A stretch of DNA of 64,000 nucleotides, from positions 3,371,245 to 3,435,244 of the forward strand of contig NC_068988.1 in the NCBI RefSeq assembly GCF_001194135.2, read 5' to 3'. The stretch comes from Octopus bimaculoides. Lineage: Eukaryota. Numbering within the stretch: the first letter of the stretch is position 1; each line of letters begins with the position of its first letter. The translations under genes were made by a program, and so were the position numbers. Positions 1 through 13,189 of this stretch are shown in pieces. The notes below the pieces were generated by a model, which was not told where the DNA came from, did no database searches, and saw only the letters and a list, made by a program, of their open reading frames with translations.

Positions 1-464
1 CAGCCTTGACCAGCTCCATCTTTTACTCAGATATAGAACTAATGCTTTCCAGTATGTCTTTAATATTGTATTTCACCTGAAGCAAACCATAAAGTAACTC
101 AGAGGAGGTGCTTAATGGCTGGTTACAGGTTAAATTTAAAGTCAATGATGGGATCTTGTTCACAGTGAGTGTCACGATGTTACATTAGACAAAACCATTG
201 CTTCATTGATCCCATTTTTGTCGCATACATCACAAATGGAATCATTTAAACAACCATCCTAGTTCTTGTATTACTCACTCACATCATACTTTTGGTGCAC
301 AGTTAAATGTTTTAAAACAACAACACCAACGACAACAACTTCTCATATATTTTATACGAAATGTTTTTGTTTTCTCTCTTTTCATAAATCTAAAATGTGA
401 ATTTTAAAATTCTAAGATTTCCTACTGTTAAATTCTATATTGCTAAACAGCAGGGAGGGGAGAG

Positions 465-466
<2 letters not shown>

Positions 467-523
<57 letters not shown>
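467..523. repeat. (GA)n microsatellite running into an N-gap (524-559)
   Basis: Directly visible dinucleotide repeat. Confidence 0.95.
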
Positions 524-2294
524 NNNNNNNNNNNNNNNNNNNNNNNNNNNNNNNNNNNNNAGAAGTGAAATAATCACAATAAAGACTGGGTAGCATAAAG
601 ATTTCTATAAATCAATTTCAGAACTCATGCTGGGCAGAAAGGAAAAAAATATATAGAATAATAGTTGCCAAATTATTCAGTGAGATTCAGAAAAAATGGC
701 TTTATAAAGAGTGTTCACTTGTCTCATAAATATTCTTTACTGCCACCACATTTTCCCACATTCTAAAAGCAAGAGAGAGTAGGATTAAAATCACAGAAAA
801 CATAAGAAAAATAAGTTTAATCAAATTGTGCTTCAGCATTTGTATTTCATTTAAAAAAGAACATATATATATATATATATATATATACACATTATTTTGT
901 TTTTGTCTTTCAGTTTTATTAAATGGGAAATGCATTTGAACAAATACCTCTGTTAAGAGCTACCCACACTATAATGCTTTGCTTATGCCACCATGCATTT
1001 ATTTCTAACTACTGCATTCATACACACACACATTAATATATGTGCACCAACTCATCCAATTTCTCTCCCACTCTTTCTCTCCTCTGCTACTCATTATATG
1101 ATCTGCTGGGCCACATCAACCACTTAACATCTTTCCATGACCATGCAATTATTTCTAACTATTTCGTAGACATCCATCTGTACACAACCTTACTTGTAGA
1201 CTTGACCCTTTATTTTCTCATGCACACACACACACACACACACACCCACACCCACCCATTTCACCACATCCTCCTAAGCTTATGTTGCATATTACCTTTA
1301 TTAGATGTTCACTCTGCTCTGCCGAAAAACACTTCCTCTACTCTACTTGTTTCCTGCCATTCCATCAGATTGCATCTCTTCCTCAGTTACCTGTTATTTT
1401 TCCGGTCTAGTTTTCATCTTTCTCTTCCCTTCCCTCTATCTTGTCAAAGGACAAATCACCAAAATGTTGTATTTTCCCCTTTCTAATGTAATTAATATTG
1501 ATTTTTATATACTTGTTCTTTGTTTTTGCCCAACATTTTGCATGTTCTACAGGTAAGGGAGACTAACTTATAGATTGATGAAGACATAATAAAAAAGAAG
1601 GGGCATGGGAGTGGGGAGTGAACAATGGGTTAAAGATTCCATGAGTGAAAAGCGGGTTGTAAATGAAGAATGGGAGTCAGATATGGAAGTAACAAAAGGT
1701 GAATAAAGCAATTGCAGCATGGAAAACACATATTAACCATTCAAAAAACACACAACATCTTTTAACTTCATTCAATCAGTTATTATTTGGTGTCAACGTT
1801 TTCAGCACACTAACTGTGACCTGAACACTGACAAAGTTCTACGGCAACTGGTCCCGGATGTAGCTGTTGGTCAGTATATATAGGCTCAAGAGTTTTCAAT
1901 ATTGTTTTTTCTTGACTAATTTAATACTTGAAGGGCATAACACAAATACAAATATCAAAATATTCAAAATCTATTGGAATTGAGGCCAGCCTACATCCAG
2001 TTTTGAAGTTTTAAACACATAAGAATGTGGTGCTCCAGAATGACCTCAGTCGTGATGATTAAAAACCTCAAGATGCGACTCAAACCACTTTCTTGTGATT
2101 ATCATCAAATATTTCAAGATAATACTAGAAGATGATCCAGCGCTTTTCCTGACAGTTTAGAGAACAGAAGTAATATAGCTAGAGGAATTCCTATTCAAAA
2201 GAATTTAGAACAGAGAATTTAGTCAAACACTGATTCTGTTTCCATTCAGCTATAACATAAGGTATGTGCCCTCTGTGTGTGTGGGTTGTGTGTG

Positions 2295-2332
<38 letters not shown>

Positions 2333-3286
2333 AAAGAAGTCAATAAATCAAGACTCCGTCTTGTATGTTATTTTATATACTTCGATACACTCTTATTCAT
2401 CATTTTTGTTCAAATTCATAACACCAGCTATCCAGAGTTATTTTTCTTAACTCTCTGCTCTTTCCTGTATGTGTGTGAATATATTTATATATATATATAT
2501 ATATATGTGTATGTATGTATGTATGTATGTATGTATATAAGCTTGTCTAGAGGAAAAGGAAGATATATGTCTAAAATGAAAGTGAAAAAAATTATAAATA
2601 TAATTTGACAGTCATAACAGATAACTATCAAAATTTTAATTGGTCCTATTTCTATAATTAGAGTTATGAAATAAATCAAGAAAAACAAAAACAAATAGAT
2701 AACCAAATAACAAATTTTATGTCTAATTACTGAAAGAAAACTAGATAATTATCAATTGTGAACAAAAAACATTAAAACAGTAAAACAAAAATGCCAAAAA
2801 TGATAGCATTTTGAAGGAATCTTTGATAATTGTTTTCATTATCATTAAAAAATTTCATTTAATTTTGAATATTAAAAAAAAAGTATTTCATTGGTTAATT
2901 AAAAAGAATAATTATTTCCTGTAGATATACATTTGGGGAGTCTGTTGAGCTATAATTGAATACGAATAGCCATGTCTTTCCAACAGTTAAATGTTGTAAT
3001 TCACTGATATGTTCGACTGTAATTAACTAATATGTCTTCAACTCATTAGTCTTGGTAGGAGAGGCGATGGCCATCAAATTTTCAGGCCTTCTTACACTTA
3101 TCTAATTTATTTTATATTGCAGTTTGTAAACATTAGTATTGTTGCTTACCAGTTTCGATTGCAGGGTCAACTACTTCTTCACTGCATCTCTGATACAGAC
3201 GAGGACAATGCAACATTCGTAACGGCATATTTAGTTTAAAATAAAAGCTGGTTACATACACCAGAGTACATCAGCAAGAGATATAA

Positions 3287-3337
<51 letters not shown>

Positions 3338-3354
3338 CATACACACACATCCAT

Positions 3355-3714
3355 ATATAGTCATGGCTGTTAGAAAATTTCTATGACCACATCACCCCTA
3401 ACGTCTGGCCACCTAACTCCCCACACTGCAACCCCCTTGATTATTATGTGTGGGGCGCAGTTGAGTGAGAGACCAACAAAACTCCTTGTAACACCAAAGA
3501 TGAACTGAAGGCAAGGATTATGGCTGCATTCACCACCTCAGACAAGGAGACCATCCAGAATAGTTGCAGGAGATTCCATAGTCAGCTGGAGGCCATCGTT
3601 GAAGCCAATGGCGATTTCATTGAATGAATTTACTCCTTAGTATTTCAAGATATTTTTATGTAATTTTGGTAATTTTGTGTAATTTAGACAACAATATATT
3701 CACAGCACCTTGTA
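3355..3714 (+). mobile_element. Tc1/mariner remnant, transposase C-terminus plus 3' end (maT/DD37D-like)
   Basis: Manual translation: WLLENFYDHITPNVWPPNSPHCNPLDYYVWGAVE*ETNKTPCNTKDELKARIMAAF...CRRFHSQLEAIVEANGDFIE*. The WPPNSPDxNPLDY motif and the GxxIE* end are typical of this family. Ends in ...cagcaccttgTA. Confidence 0.8.
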
Positions 3715-5940
3715 TATAAGGTGTTGGTGCCTCGTAAAAAAGTACCTAGTCAGCTCTGTAAAGTGGTTGGCATTTGGAAGGGCACCTAGTTGTGGAAACC
3801 ATGCTGAAACAATGATATTGCGCCAGGCCTTGCCAGGTGCTGTCAGACCATTCAGCCCATGCCAACATGGAAACCTCACATGGCATCATCATCATCGTGG
3901 TAACTATTATATATATATATATATTAATATTTATGTTTATATGTATGTATATGTGTGTATATATGTATACACACACACTCACATACATTTTCATAAATTA
4001 GTTATATATGTATATATTTTTTTTGATTCATTTATAAATTTACAAATGGGTTTTATGCATTAATGAAGTTCATTCAATTTTTATATATATATTTTAAATT
4101 TTCATAATTTTTATATTTCTAATGATAACTTTTGAATTTTGATAAATTTCACCATTTAGTACAAAATTTGTGTTGTCAACTAACTCACAAATTATTGTTG
4201 TTATTTCCATTATTTATTTATTGTTTAATTTCTATGTATTTGCAATTTCTTCATTGTTTCCTTTATATATTTTCTTTCTCTTTTGCTTATATACACTCTC
4301 TATACATCAGTGTTTTTGGTGCATACAAGGATTTGCATATCTTTGAATCTATCCAACATGTATTTGGATTCCAATATTCTCTTCCTTTACCGTTTGGTAT
4401 TCTAACAAGTTCATTTATTCATTTATATTTGTCTATTCCAGCTTTATTTTGTATCTTCACATATCTGCTGTTCATGCTGTTGTATTGTCTACATGCGCAC
4501 TCATGAGTCTCCATGTAGATGTATACATTTGCATGCTTTGGCATATATTATATACATCTGTATATATTTGAAGACACAATTATGTGCATGTCTGTGACCA
4601 TGTATGAACATGAGAATACTTATGTCCCCATACATAATTTACATTGAACTGTACACAGGCAAGAATATGTACATATGTGTGTATATGCATATACATATGT
4701 GGGTAGGTATGTAAATGTATATATTGCTTAGATGTGCATGCCTGCAGAAGTATACACATATACACACACATGTATAAACATCTAGGCAGTCTATGCAAAT
4801 GCAAGCACACTTACACATGTACATTATATATGTAATATATCTACTACACATCTATTATACATAATTACTTATAATACATACATACACACACGCGCCTGTA
4901 TATATATTATATATATATAGGTATACACATACATATAATACATACATAATCACATACACACACACAAATATAATATTTAGTGAAAAAAATGGCAATATTG
5001 AAAGTAGACTTAAGTTATTTCTTCAATTCTGGAGATAACTTTTACTTTGAACCTTTCAAAGCAAATCACAATGTAAGGTTGAAGGAACAGTCATCTCTGA
5101 TATGGAGTACACACGCACATACTCACACACATAAATACACACAATATATATATACATAAAAACACATACACACGTAGATGTGTGTGTGTATGTGTACTAG
5201 TACCATGTAAAAAACACCCAGTACACTTTGTTAAATGGTTGGCATTAGGAAGGCTGTATATTGCTGGATTTGCATAATACTGTAAGTATAACATTTTCAC
5301 TTTGTTGATTCACATTTAGTCACACATAAAAACCAAACCTGGAGAGGAGGAAGGGTCTGTCCTCTGAAGTTCAATAGAGTTTACCATATTTAATCTATCA
5401 ATGATATGACTTTAATAAGATCATTTTACAATGATGTGATTCCAGGGTTGAGCCTACACTGTTGTACTCTACACAATACACTACTTTTATCAAAGCCTCA
5501 ACCATTGCAGTAGAGAAGTGTATCACTGTTGGAACTTCTGTTTATTTGTTTAATCAGCAGGAATGAGTTTCTAAGAAAAACATGGAATAACCATGACTGG
5601 AATACCATTTATCATGGATCTACTTGATCAGAGCTGATCTAGAGCTAAACAACAATTTGGTATTAGACTCCATGGTTTAATAGTTTGAATATATTTTAGG
5701 AATTCCAGTGTGATCTCTGATTTACATGGCTCTTGGGAGTCATTAAAGTTGTTAATCCATTACTGGAAATTCCAGAATTTGAAAATCTTCAAAATGTTTT
5801 TGAGTAAGAGAAGCATGCCTCACAGCATATTCCTGAAAGCCGTGTCTTGGGATTTTAAGATGTTTTCTGGAGCTGACAAACTTAAACTGAAAGCATAATT
5901 GTCAAGTTTGGTTTAGTGAAAAGTCGAATGTTGCCAAATA

Positions 5941-6085
5941 GGTGTGAGCATTGCTGTGTGTCAGTTAAGAAATCCTCTTCCAAACCATGTGGTTCCAGTT
6001 TAGTCCCTCTCAGCAGCACTTTTGGAAAGTGTCTTCTACAATTGCCCTGGGCCAAACTGTGCCTTGTCAGAGAATTTGGCATGTG
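5941..6085 (+). mobile_element. tRNA-derived CORE-type SINE, 5' part
   Basis: Homologous to the 5' half of the copy at 7590-7985 (aaccatgtggttcc...ggaaagtgtcttctac...gccttgt). Truncated at (TA)n and a gap. Confidence 0.7.
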
Positions 6086-6086
6086 A

Positions 6087-6126
<40 letters not shown>

Positions 6127-6510
6127 NNNNNNNNNNNNNNNNNNNNNNNNNNNNNNNNNNNNNNNNNNNNNNNNNNNNNNNNNNNNNNNNNNNNNNNNNN
6201 NNNNNNNNNNNNNNNNNNNNNNNNNNNNNNNNNNNNNNNNNNNNNNNNNNNNNNNNNNNNNNNNNNNNNNNNNNNNNNNNNNNNNNNNNNNNNNNNNNNN
6301 NNNNNNNNNNNNNNNNNNNNNNNNNNNNNNNNNNNNNNNNNNNNNNNNNNNNNNNNNNNNNNNNNNNNNNNNNNNNNNNNNNNNNNNNNNNNNNNNNNNN
6401 NNNNNNNNNNNNNNNNNNNNNNNNNNNNNNNNNNNNNNNNNNNNNNNNNNNNNNNNNNNNNNNNNNNNNNNNNNTATATATATATATATATATATACCTA
6501 CATATATATA

Positions 6511-6670
6511 TCATCATCATCATTATCATTTTATATCTGTTTTCCATGCTGGTATGGGTTGGACGATTTGACTGAAAACTAGTAAGCAAGGTTCTGATCT
6601 GATTTGGTAAGGTTTCTATGGCTGGATGCTCTCCCTAACACCAACCACTCTAAGATTGTAGTGGGTGTTT
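6511..6670 (-). mobile_element. RTE LINE 3'-UTR-derived repeat
   Basis: (CAT)n tail plus ttccatgctggtatgggttggacg...gctggatgctctccctaacaccaaccac, the reverse complement of the 3' end of the RTE at 17523-18822. Confidence 0.7.
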
Positions 6671-7049
6671 TCTACAGAAGACTAGAAACTTTATTTAACA
6701 TAACAATCATTTTGGCTGCCTTCGACACTACTCCTTAATGGGTGGAGAATGATGTAATAACATCAGATGCATCGCACAATGCTCAGTGTGTCATCAAGTG
6801 ACATAGTATGCTTCAAAAGATATAAGATTTACATTTCACACCCAGTTAAATGCTGCTGGTGTTATGATGTGTTGTTAGTAGTTCACATACATTGGTGAAG
6901 TGAGGATACCTGTGGTCAGAAAGAGGTTGATATACATATATTTAGAACCAGTTTAATATATGTCCAGTCATAGTGTGACCAAGAGTTTCACATTCATAAA
7001 GTGCTAGGCCTATACACAGCTCATCAGATGCATTGAGTCTGATAAGCTG

Positions 7050-7330
7050 TTGTCATCATCATCATCATCATCATCATCATTTAGTGTCTCTTTTCCATGC
7101 TGGCATGGGTTGGACGGTTTGACCAGAGCTGTCAAGCTGGGGAGATGCACCAGACTCCAGTCTGGTTTGGCATGGTTTCTATTGCTGGATGCCCTTCCTA
7201 ATGCCAACCATTTTACAGAGAGTACTAAGTGCTTTTACCTGGCACTGCACAGGCACTCTTATGTGGCACCATACAGGCACTTTTACATGGAAACCATGAG
7301 TGTTTTTACGTGGCACCACCACAAGTGCTT
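7050..7330 (-). mobile_element. RTE LINE 3'-UTR-derived repeat
   Basis: (CAT)n tail and the same motif set (ttccatgctggcatgggttggacgg...gctggatgcccttcctaatgccaacc) as the RTE 3' end at about 18560-18822. Confidence 0.75.
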
Positions 7331-7364
7331 TTCACTACCAGAGGGACCAATATATATATATATA

Positions 7365-7580
7365 AGGCAAGCTGGCAGAATCGTAAGGCAGTGAGCTGGC
7401 AGAATCGTAAGGCAGTGAGCTGGCAGAATTGTTACCACACCAGGTGAAATGCTTACCAGTATTTTGTCTGCCATTAGGTTTTGAGTTCAAATTCCGCGAA
7501 GGTCAACTTTGCCTTTCATTTTTTCAGGGCCGATAAATTATTACCAGTTATGTACTGGGGTCAATGTAATTGACTTAAAA
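7365..7580 (+). mobile_element. tRNA-derived SINE (Meta-domain-like) with a triplicated 24-bp head
   Basis: ggcagtgagctggcagaatcgtaa about x3, B-box-like gagttcaaattcc, and the tcaactttgcctttcat...accagt...ctggggtcaatgtaattgact central domain. Homologous to 31565-31800. Confidence 0.75.
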
Positions 7581-7589
7581 AGAGAGATA

Positions 7590-7751
7590 CATGCAGGAGT
7601 GGCTGTGCAGTAAGTAATTTGCTTACCAACCACATGGTTCCAGGTTCAGTCCCACTGTGTGGCATCTTGGGCAAGTGTCTGCTGCTATAGCCTCAGGCCA
7701 ACCAAAGCCTTGTGAGTGGATTTGATAAACGGGAACTGAAAGAAGCTTGTC

Positions 7752-7788
<37 letters not shown>

Positions 7789-7985
7789 TGTGTTTGTTTC
7801 CCCCTCAACATCACTTGACAACCGATGTTGGTGTGTTTACATGCCCATAACTTAGTGGTTTGGCAAAAGAGACCAATAGAATAAGTACTAGGCTTACAAA
7901 GAATAAGTACTGCAGTCAATTTGCTCAACTAAAGGCAATGCTCCAGCATGGCTACACTCAAATGACTGAAACAAATAAAAGAATA
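7590..7985 (+). mobile_element. Near full-length tRNA-derived CORE-type SINE with internal (TG)n
   Basis: Head with ggttcagtccc B-box-like motif, cttgggcaagtgtct CORE-like motif, and 3' end aaatgactgaaacaaataaaagaata. Homologous to 52358-52745 and, inverted, to 21022-21403. Confidence 0.8.
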
Positions 7986-8904
7986 TATATATATATATAT
8001 ATATATAATCCAAAATGAGGGAGTGAAACAAGTAAAATCTAGGCTCCATATGTTGATTAGCTGACGACTGTCATTAGCTAAGCTAAAGGGTATCATTTTA
8101 CTTAGATAAAAATGCTAAGCTCATGATATGGAGTATGCTACTACTCACTTCACTCCTTACTTTTCATACAGCTGGTGTCCCTGGATAATATTCCTCAGTC
8201 AGTCTTTTGTATTTAGGAAGGAAATTTGTTTGCTATTTGCCTAACAACAAAAGTTGCAATTCAGCAAGCATTAACCACCAAGATTAACATTTAGTTATCA
8301 GAAATTTATAAACAAAATAAATTTAAGAGCAAGACTGCATGATATTCTTGTGTTCCATTAGGTGAGAATGGGAATTAATGAAAAAAATGAAAAAAAAAAA
8401 AAAATTGTAAAAATGTACTTTCTTGGAAATCTTTGCTTGTTTTGTGTCTGTAAAGTCTGTATATTGACTTTGTTCCTATGTCAGAAGATCTATTCTTCAA
8501 CAATGTCTATCTCACCACAATAGTCTACTCCATCACAGGCAACCAGCATGGGACATCAATGAAGTGAAAATTAATTGAAAAGTCTTCCCCAAATAAAATG
8601 AATTAAAAAAGAACAAATCTTTTTTTTTCTAAATACACTTTAAAGAAATTTACAAATCTATCAAATGTTGGAAGATTTAGTGTTTTGGTGAGATGTTAAT
8701 GCTTCATATGAAACCGTCTAATGGAAGTCGAGGTCACCAAGTTATTTTTAAACATCAATTTACAGTGTGTTTGTACTTCTATGAATGTACATAAGTATTA
8801 ACTTAATTTTTATACATCAGTTTATATCTTTTTTTCCTGAGTATGTGTATATATGCATATACATATACATGAACATATGTCTTATTTTTTAAAATGATTT
8901 ATCA

Positions 8905-8910
8905 TATATA

Positions 8911-9000
<90 letters not shown>
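8905..9000. repeat. (TG)n/(TA)n compound microsatellite
   Basis: Directly visible. Confidence 0.95.
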
Positions 9001-9001
<1 letters not shown>

Positions 9002-9253
9002 TTGTTTTTATGTTCAGTTATAATAAAACCATTTTTACACTAATCTGATGGGTTACTCTATACTTTTGTAGAGTATGAATTATATTAATCTTAATCAATA
9101 ACATTCTTAAGAATAATGTGTGTGTGTGTGTGTATAAGTGCATATGTACCTGCGTGTCAAGAGGGCAAGGAGGAGCACCTGAACAAGAAAGGTATATCAT
9201 CACCCCCACCACCATCACCATCATCATTATCATATATTTACATGAAGAAGAAC

Positions 9254-9306
9254 AAAGCTACATGTACTGAAAGCTACATGTACTGAAAGCTACATGTACT
9301 GAAAGC
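9254..9306. repeat. 16-bp tandem repeat (aaagctacatgtactg) about x3
   Basis: Directly visible adjacent units with no spacers. Confidence 0.9.
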
Positions 9307-10699
9307 CATTTCTTTCAGTTGTAACAGTTTCATTCTTATATAATTATTAGCAAATTATCATTAATCAAGGAAAACACTTTAATCATTGCAAAATTAGTTT
9401 AATATGGAATTTCCCCTCAGCTTTATCAGCTTTCGAAAGTCTCATTAGCTACTTTAATTTCCTCGTTACTTTTATTATTCATTCATTTATTTTGCAACTT
9501 AATTGATTATTTAACTTTTCAAGTTTCCGCGTCAGTTCAAAGAGTTATTTGCCAGGATAATAACAATAAAAACCAAAACCATTTCTTGTGCTTGGCTGTT
9601 TTTAAAAATATTTTTCAAAGATTGTTTTGTTTTTGTTTTTGTTTGTTGTATGTGTTTTCTTTGTTTTTCCCCTAGTTCTACTTACTGAATTGTGGAGATC
9701 AATGACCTTTTTTATTCACTAAACTAAACCAATACCTATAATACAATCATAATAATAACATTTTTGGAAACAAAAGCATTCTAAAAGACAAAAAAAGCAA
9801 GAAGTTTATGTTTGTTTGTTTGTTTTGTGAGTGTGTTTTGTTTGTTGTTTTTGTATTTGGAGTTTGTCTTAGTTTTATCTATTCATTCATTTGTAATATA
9901 AAAGTCATTAATTCTGCTGAGTCTGTCTTCATTGTCTTCACAGAGAGCGGAAAAAGAATAAATAAATAAATAAATTGGGGAGAGATCAAATGAAGGAGGG
10001 GAGCAAGTAAATGAGTGAGAAAAAAAAAAGAAAAAGAAGAAAATAAAGAAGGAAAATGATAGTGAAAGAGTGACATATTAAACAGGAAAGAAAAGGAGGA
10101 AGAAGAAGAAAGACAATGAGACAAAGAATGAAAGAGTAAAACAATTAGAAAGACAGACTAAATGAAAGAACGAAAAACGTTAGAGAGAGAGGGGGAGGCA
10201 GACAGAGAGAGAAAGAGATAGAAAGAACAAAATGAATTATGAAAGAAAGATGTTAGACATGATTAAAGAGAAAGAGAGAATATACAAGAGAGGAAAATGA
10301 GAAAGTTAATCATAAAACTATATCTGATGGTTACTGTAAAATTATAGCGACATATCATAGATATTTACGACCATTTCAATGGTGTATAAGTATACGCATT
10401 TTGATTTATGTAGCCAAGCGTATAAATTGCAGATTGTAAGATTGTGGTTACTTGTGTTCCTCTTCGCTGCTAACAAACAGCTGAGTCAGATTGAAGATGT
10501 AGTTTCAGGGGACCACAACCACATGTCTACATTTGCTGAGCTTTTACTAATTAGATTGGGATTGTATTTAAATTAGTTTGCAATGCAGTTTCATCTGGAG
10601 GAGTCAACAAAGTCTCTATGTCATTACAAGAGTGCAAAAATGTAAGGCATCAGACGTTCAGCTGTTATGATGTGAGTCCATGTCTAACATGTAAGTTTT

Positions 10700-11130
10700 T
10701 GTTTTATATACTGACTCAGGAGATCCTGCATTGGGTGACACAAGAGGCAGTAAAAATATCTAAGCAAAACTGGTAAACAGCCACACGCAGTCGCATTGTT
10801 CTGACGTATCAGCTGAAAGTCCCTCAAACATTTGGTGACCAGACATTCCTTGCATTATTGCCCCTAAGGGTTCCACTTGGTCGGCAACTCTATCCATCAG
10901 GATTCTTAGAACATGTCCCAGCCAATTGAGTCAGCACTTGCAGATGGTGATAGACATCGGGGGCATTCGTCTGCTCTTTCTCTGACCTCCTCTTTACCGA
11001 TAAAGTCATTTCTTTTGATGCCAGGAATTTTGCAGAGACGCCTGCTGTTAAAAGCGTCCAGTTTCTTTTCTTAGCTGGTTCTCAGATACCATATAATTCC
11101 TCAGTTTATACTGTTGGAGAATAGGAACCA
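10700..11130 (-). mobile_element. RTE-clade LINE, decayed ORF2 3' end
   Basis: Minus-strand translation includes EKKLDAFNSRRLCKIPGIKRNDFIGKEEVRER...IGWDMF, matching the post-RT RTE pattern (LDAFxxRCLRxIxxIxWxDxVxNEEV...WxGHV). Stops and frameshifts present. Confidence 0.65.
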
Positions 11131-11329
11131 GGTATAAGTGGGGTTCAAGTTATTTGTGATAAGATTATCCACAATGATGAAGACAAAAGTGAAATCAAGT
11201 AAAAAATGACTGAAACAAGTAAAAGAATATGCATGTATATATATATTTGTGGTGTGTGTGTGTGCATATATTTATATAAGACATATGTATGTATTCTTTT
11301 ATTCATTTCAGCCATGCAGCAGTGGTCAT

Positions 11330-11570
11330 GTTGGAGCATGTCCATGTCCAGATATCGTGTGATGGTTGTACATTAATATCATTGTCATGCATGCAAGGTT
11401 ATTTGTTTCTAGCCTTCTATGAAAAACACATCTGAGGAAATGCTTATAACCATGCTTGGAAACAACTGATGGTTGGTGATAGAAAAGGCATCCCAGCCAC
11501 AGAAAAATCTGCCTCAACAAGTTAGATGTGCCGAATGCAGGCTTGGTAAAATGGATGTTAAACGATGATG
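11330..11570 (+). mobile_element. RTE 3'-UTR-like repeat
   Basis: ggttggtgatagaaaaggcatcccagcc...aaaatggatgttaaacgatgatga resembles the RTE 3' end and (GAT)n tail. Confidence 0.55.
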
Positions 11571-13189
11571 AAAATAAAAGTGATTTAGTGAAATTCTATT
11601 TGACTGTATTGTGTCCTTTTATAAGTTTCCAGGTTCCGTTCCATACAAATATACCTCATGAAGGTTTTGGTGAGTACCAAAAAATAGTACTACTTCCCTT
11701 TTCTCTCAGATGCTTGTTGTAAAACATGTGAACTACACTAAGTCATTCTTTCGTTTTTCTTAAAATTCTTCAATGCCATCTTCCAAGAGAAACCAGTTGG
11801 CACCATACTGGTGAACACACTATGAAGCACCATTACTCTCGTAACAAAGTATATTCATGAAAGCTAATTTAGCAACTTTTTTTGCAAAAATATCTGAAGA
11901 TGCCAAAATTGTAGCCTTGTGCTTATGTTAGAAATCAATAATATATTTATTTATCCAACCTGTACACAAGGAAATTGAATTATCTTCTTTACGGAAGGAA
12001 ATGCCCTCAGAAGTGTTTGAAAATATAATTTTAATAACATAAACAGACATTTTGTGCAATGATTGTGTGTAATGTTTATAACACAGTGTGATTTTATTGT
12101 TATTTTAATACTGGCAGCTAGAGATGGCTGAGTTGATAATATATTAGACAAACAACTAATAAATGGTGGCCTATATTATTGATAGAAAGCTGCCCTCCAT
12201 CCCTGGTGAAGATGTGTAGCCAAGACACAGGACAGAATAGCTTATAAGTAGAATACTATATGTTGAGGCAGCACTGTAAACTAGAACAGCGATTCATTGT
12301 TGTTCAGCACTAGGACAGCATTGTTTAAGTACACTTATGGTCAAAGGCAATCCAGTCCTGACCATCTCATCGTTGGTTTCAGACACAATATATACAATGA
12401 GTCTTTCCTATTTCTATTGTTAAGATAGGAATATTTTGCTGCCACTTCTTTCTCTTTCGTTTGTAATGATACAGTGTTGAGTCGATAGTTTACCCTCAGC
12501 TTTGGCTATGATTAACAGGATAACAATGTGACATTGCTTTCAAAGACTGAACTTGAAAAACGAATGTTTATTTTGTATTTGAAAGGAACAGGGTATGAGA
12601 ATGGTCGACATATAAAAGAACAAATTAAGATATATTATAATTCCTGTTATAGTATTTAGAGAAAGACCCTATGAAGTGAGTGCCTGAGGACCCCACTTAC
12701 ACGACCCCCACCTTCTTGAAATAACGAGCAGAAAAGATGGATGGGTTGAAGGCACTGATTATTTTCAGCTTAAATCTCACAGGGATCAATTTTTTAAAAA
12801 ATTCTGCTTGACGGTTGACTGTACAAGCAATCTAAATGAATATAAACCCTTTCTTCCGCATAATTGACCTGGTGACTAATGAAAGAAATCCTTATAATTT
12901 TTTCCTCATTACACTGGTAAGACTTTATTCAGAAACAATTTGCTTCATCATTCAGTCTCTATAATATAATCTTCATTATTTCTTCAATTGACTCTTCTTT
13001 ACTTAATTATTTAACAGTCCTCTATTTACACCTCAGATATTTATCTTCCTTCCCTTTGTCCTCCACAGTAAAACTCTCTCCCAGCAGAACGCTACAGCAA
13101 ACATTGTCTCAATCATGTATTTCTTCTGCTGCCTGCTGGCTGACAACTTTTCACACTTCTATTAACTGAGAACACTTTACTGTTTTAAT

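Noticed and set aside
8161-8240. Minus-strand segment encoding ...FLPKYKRLTEEYYPGTPAV* between splice-like signals
   Set aside because: All frames from the best acceptor contain stops; the protein-like look is not enough evidence.
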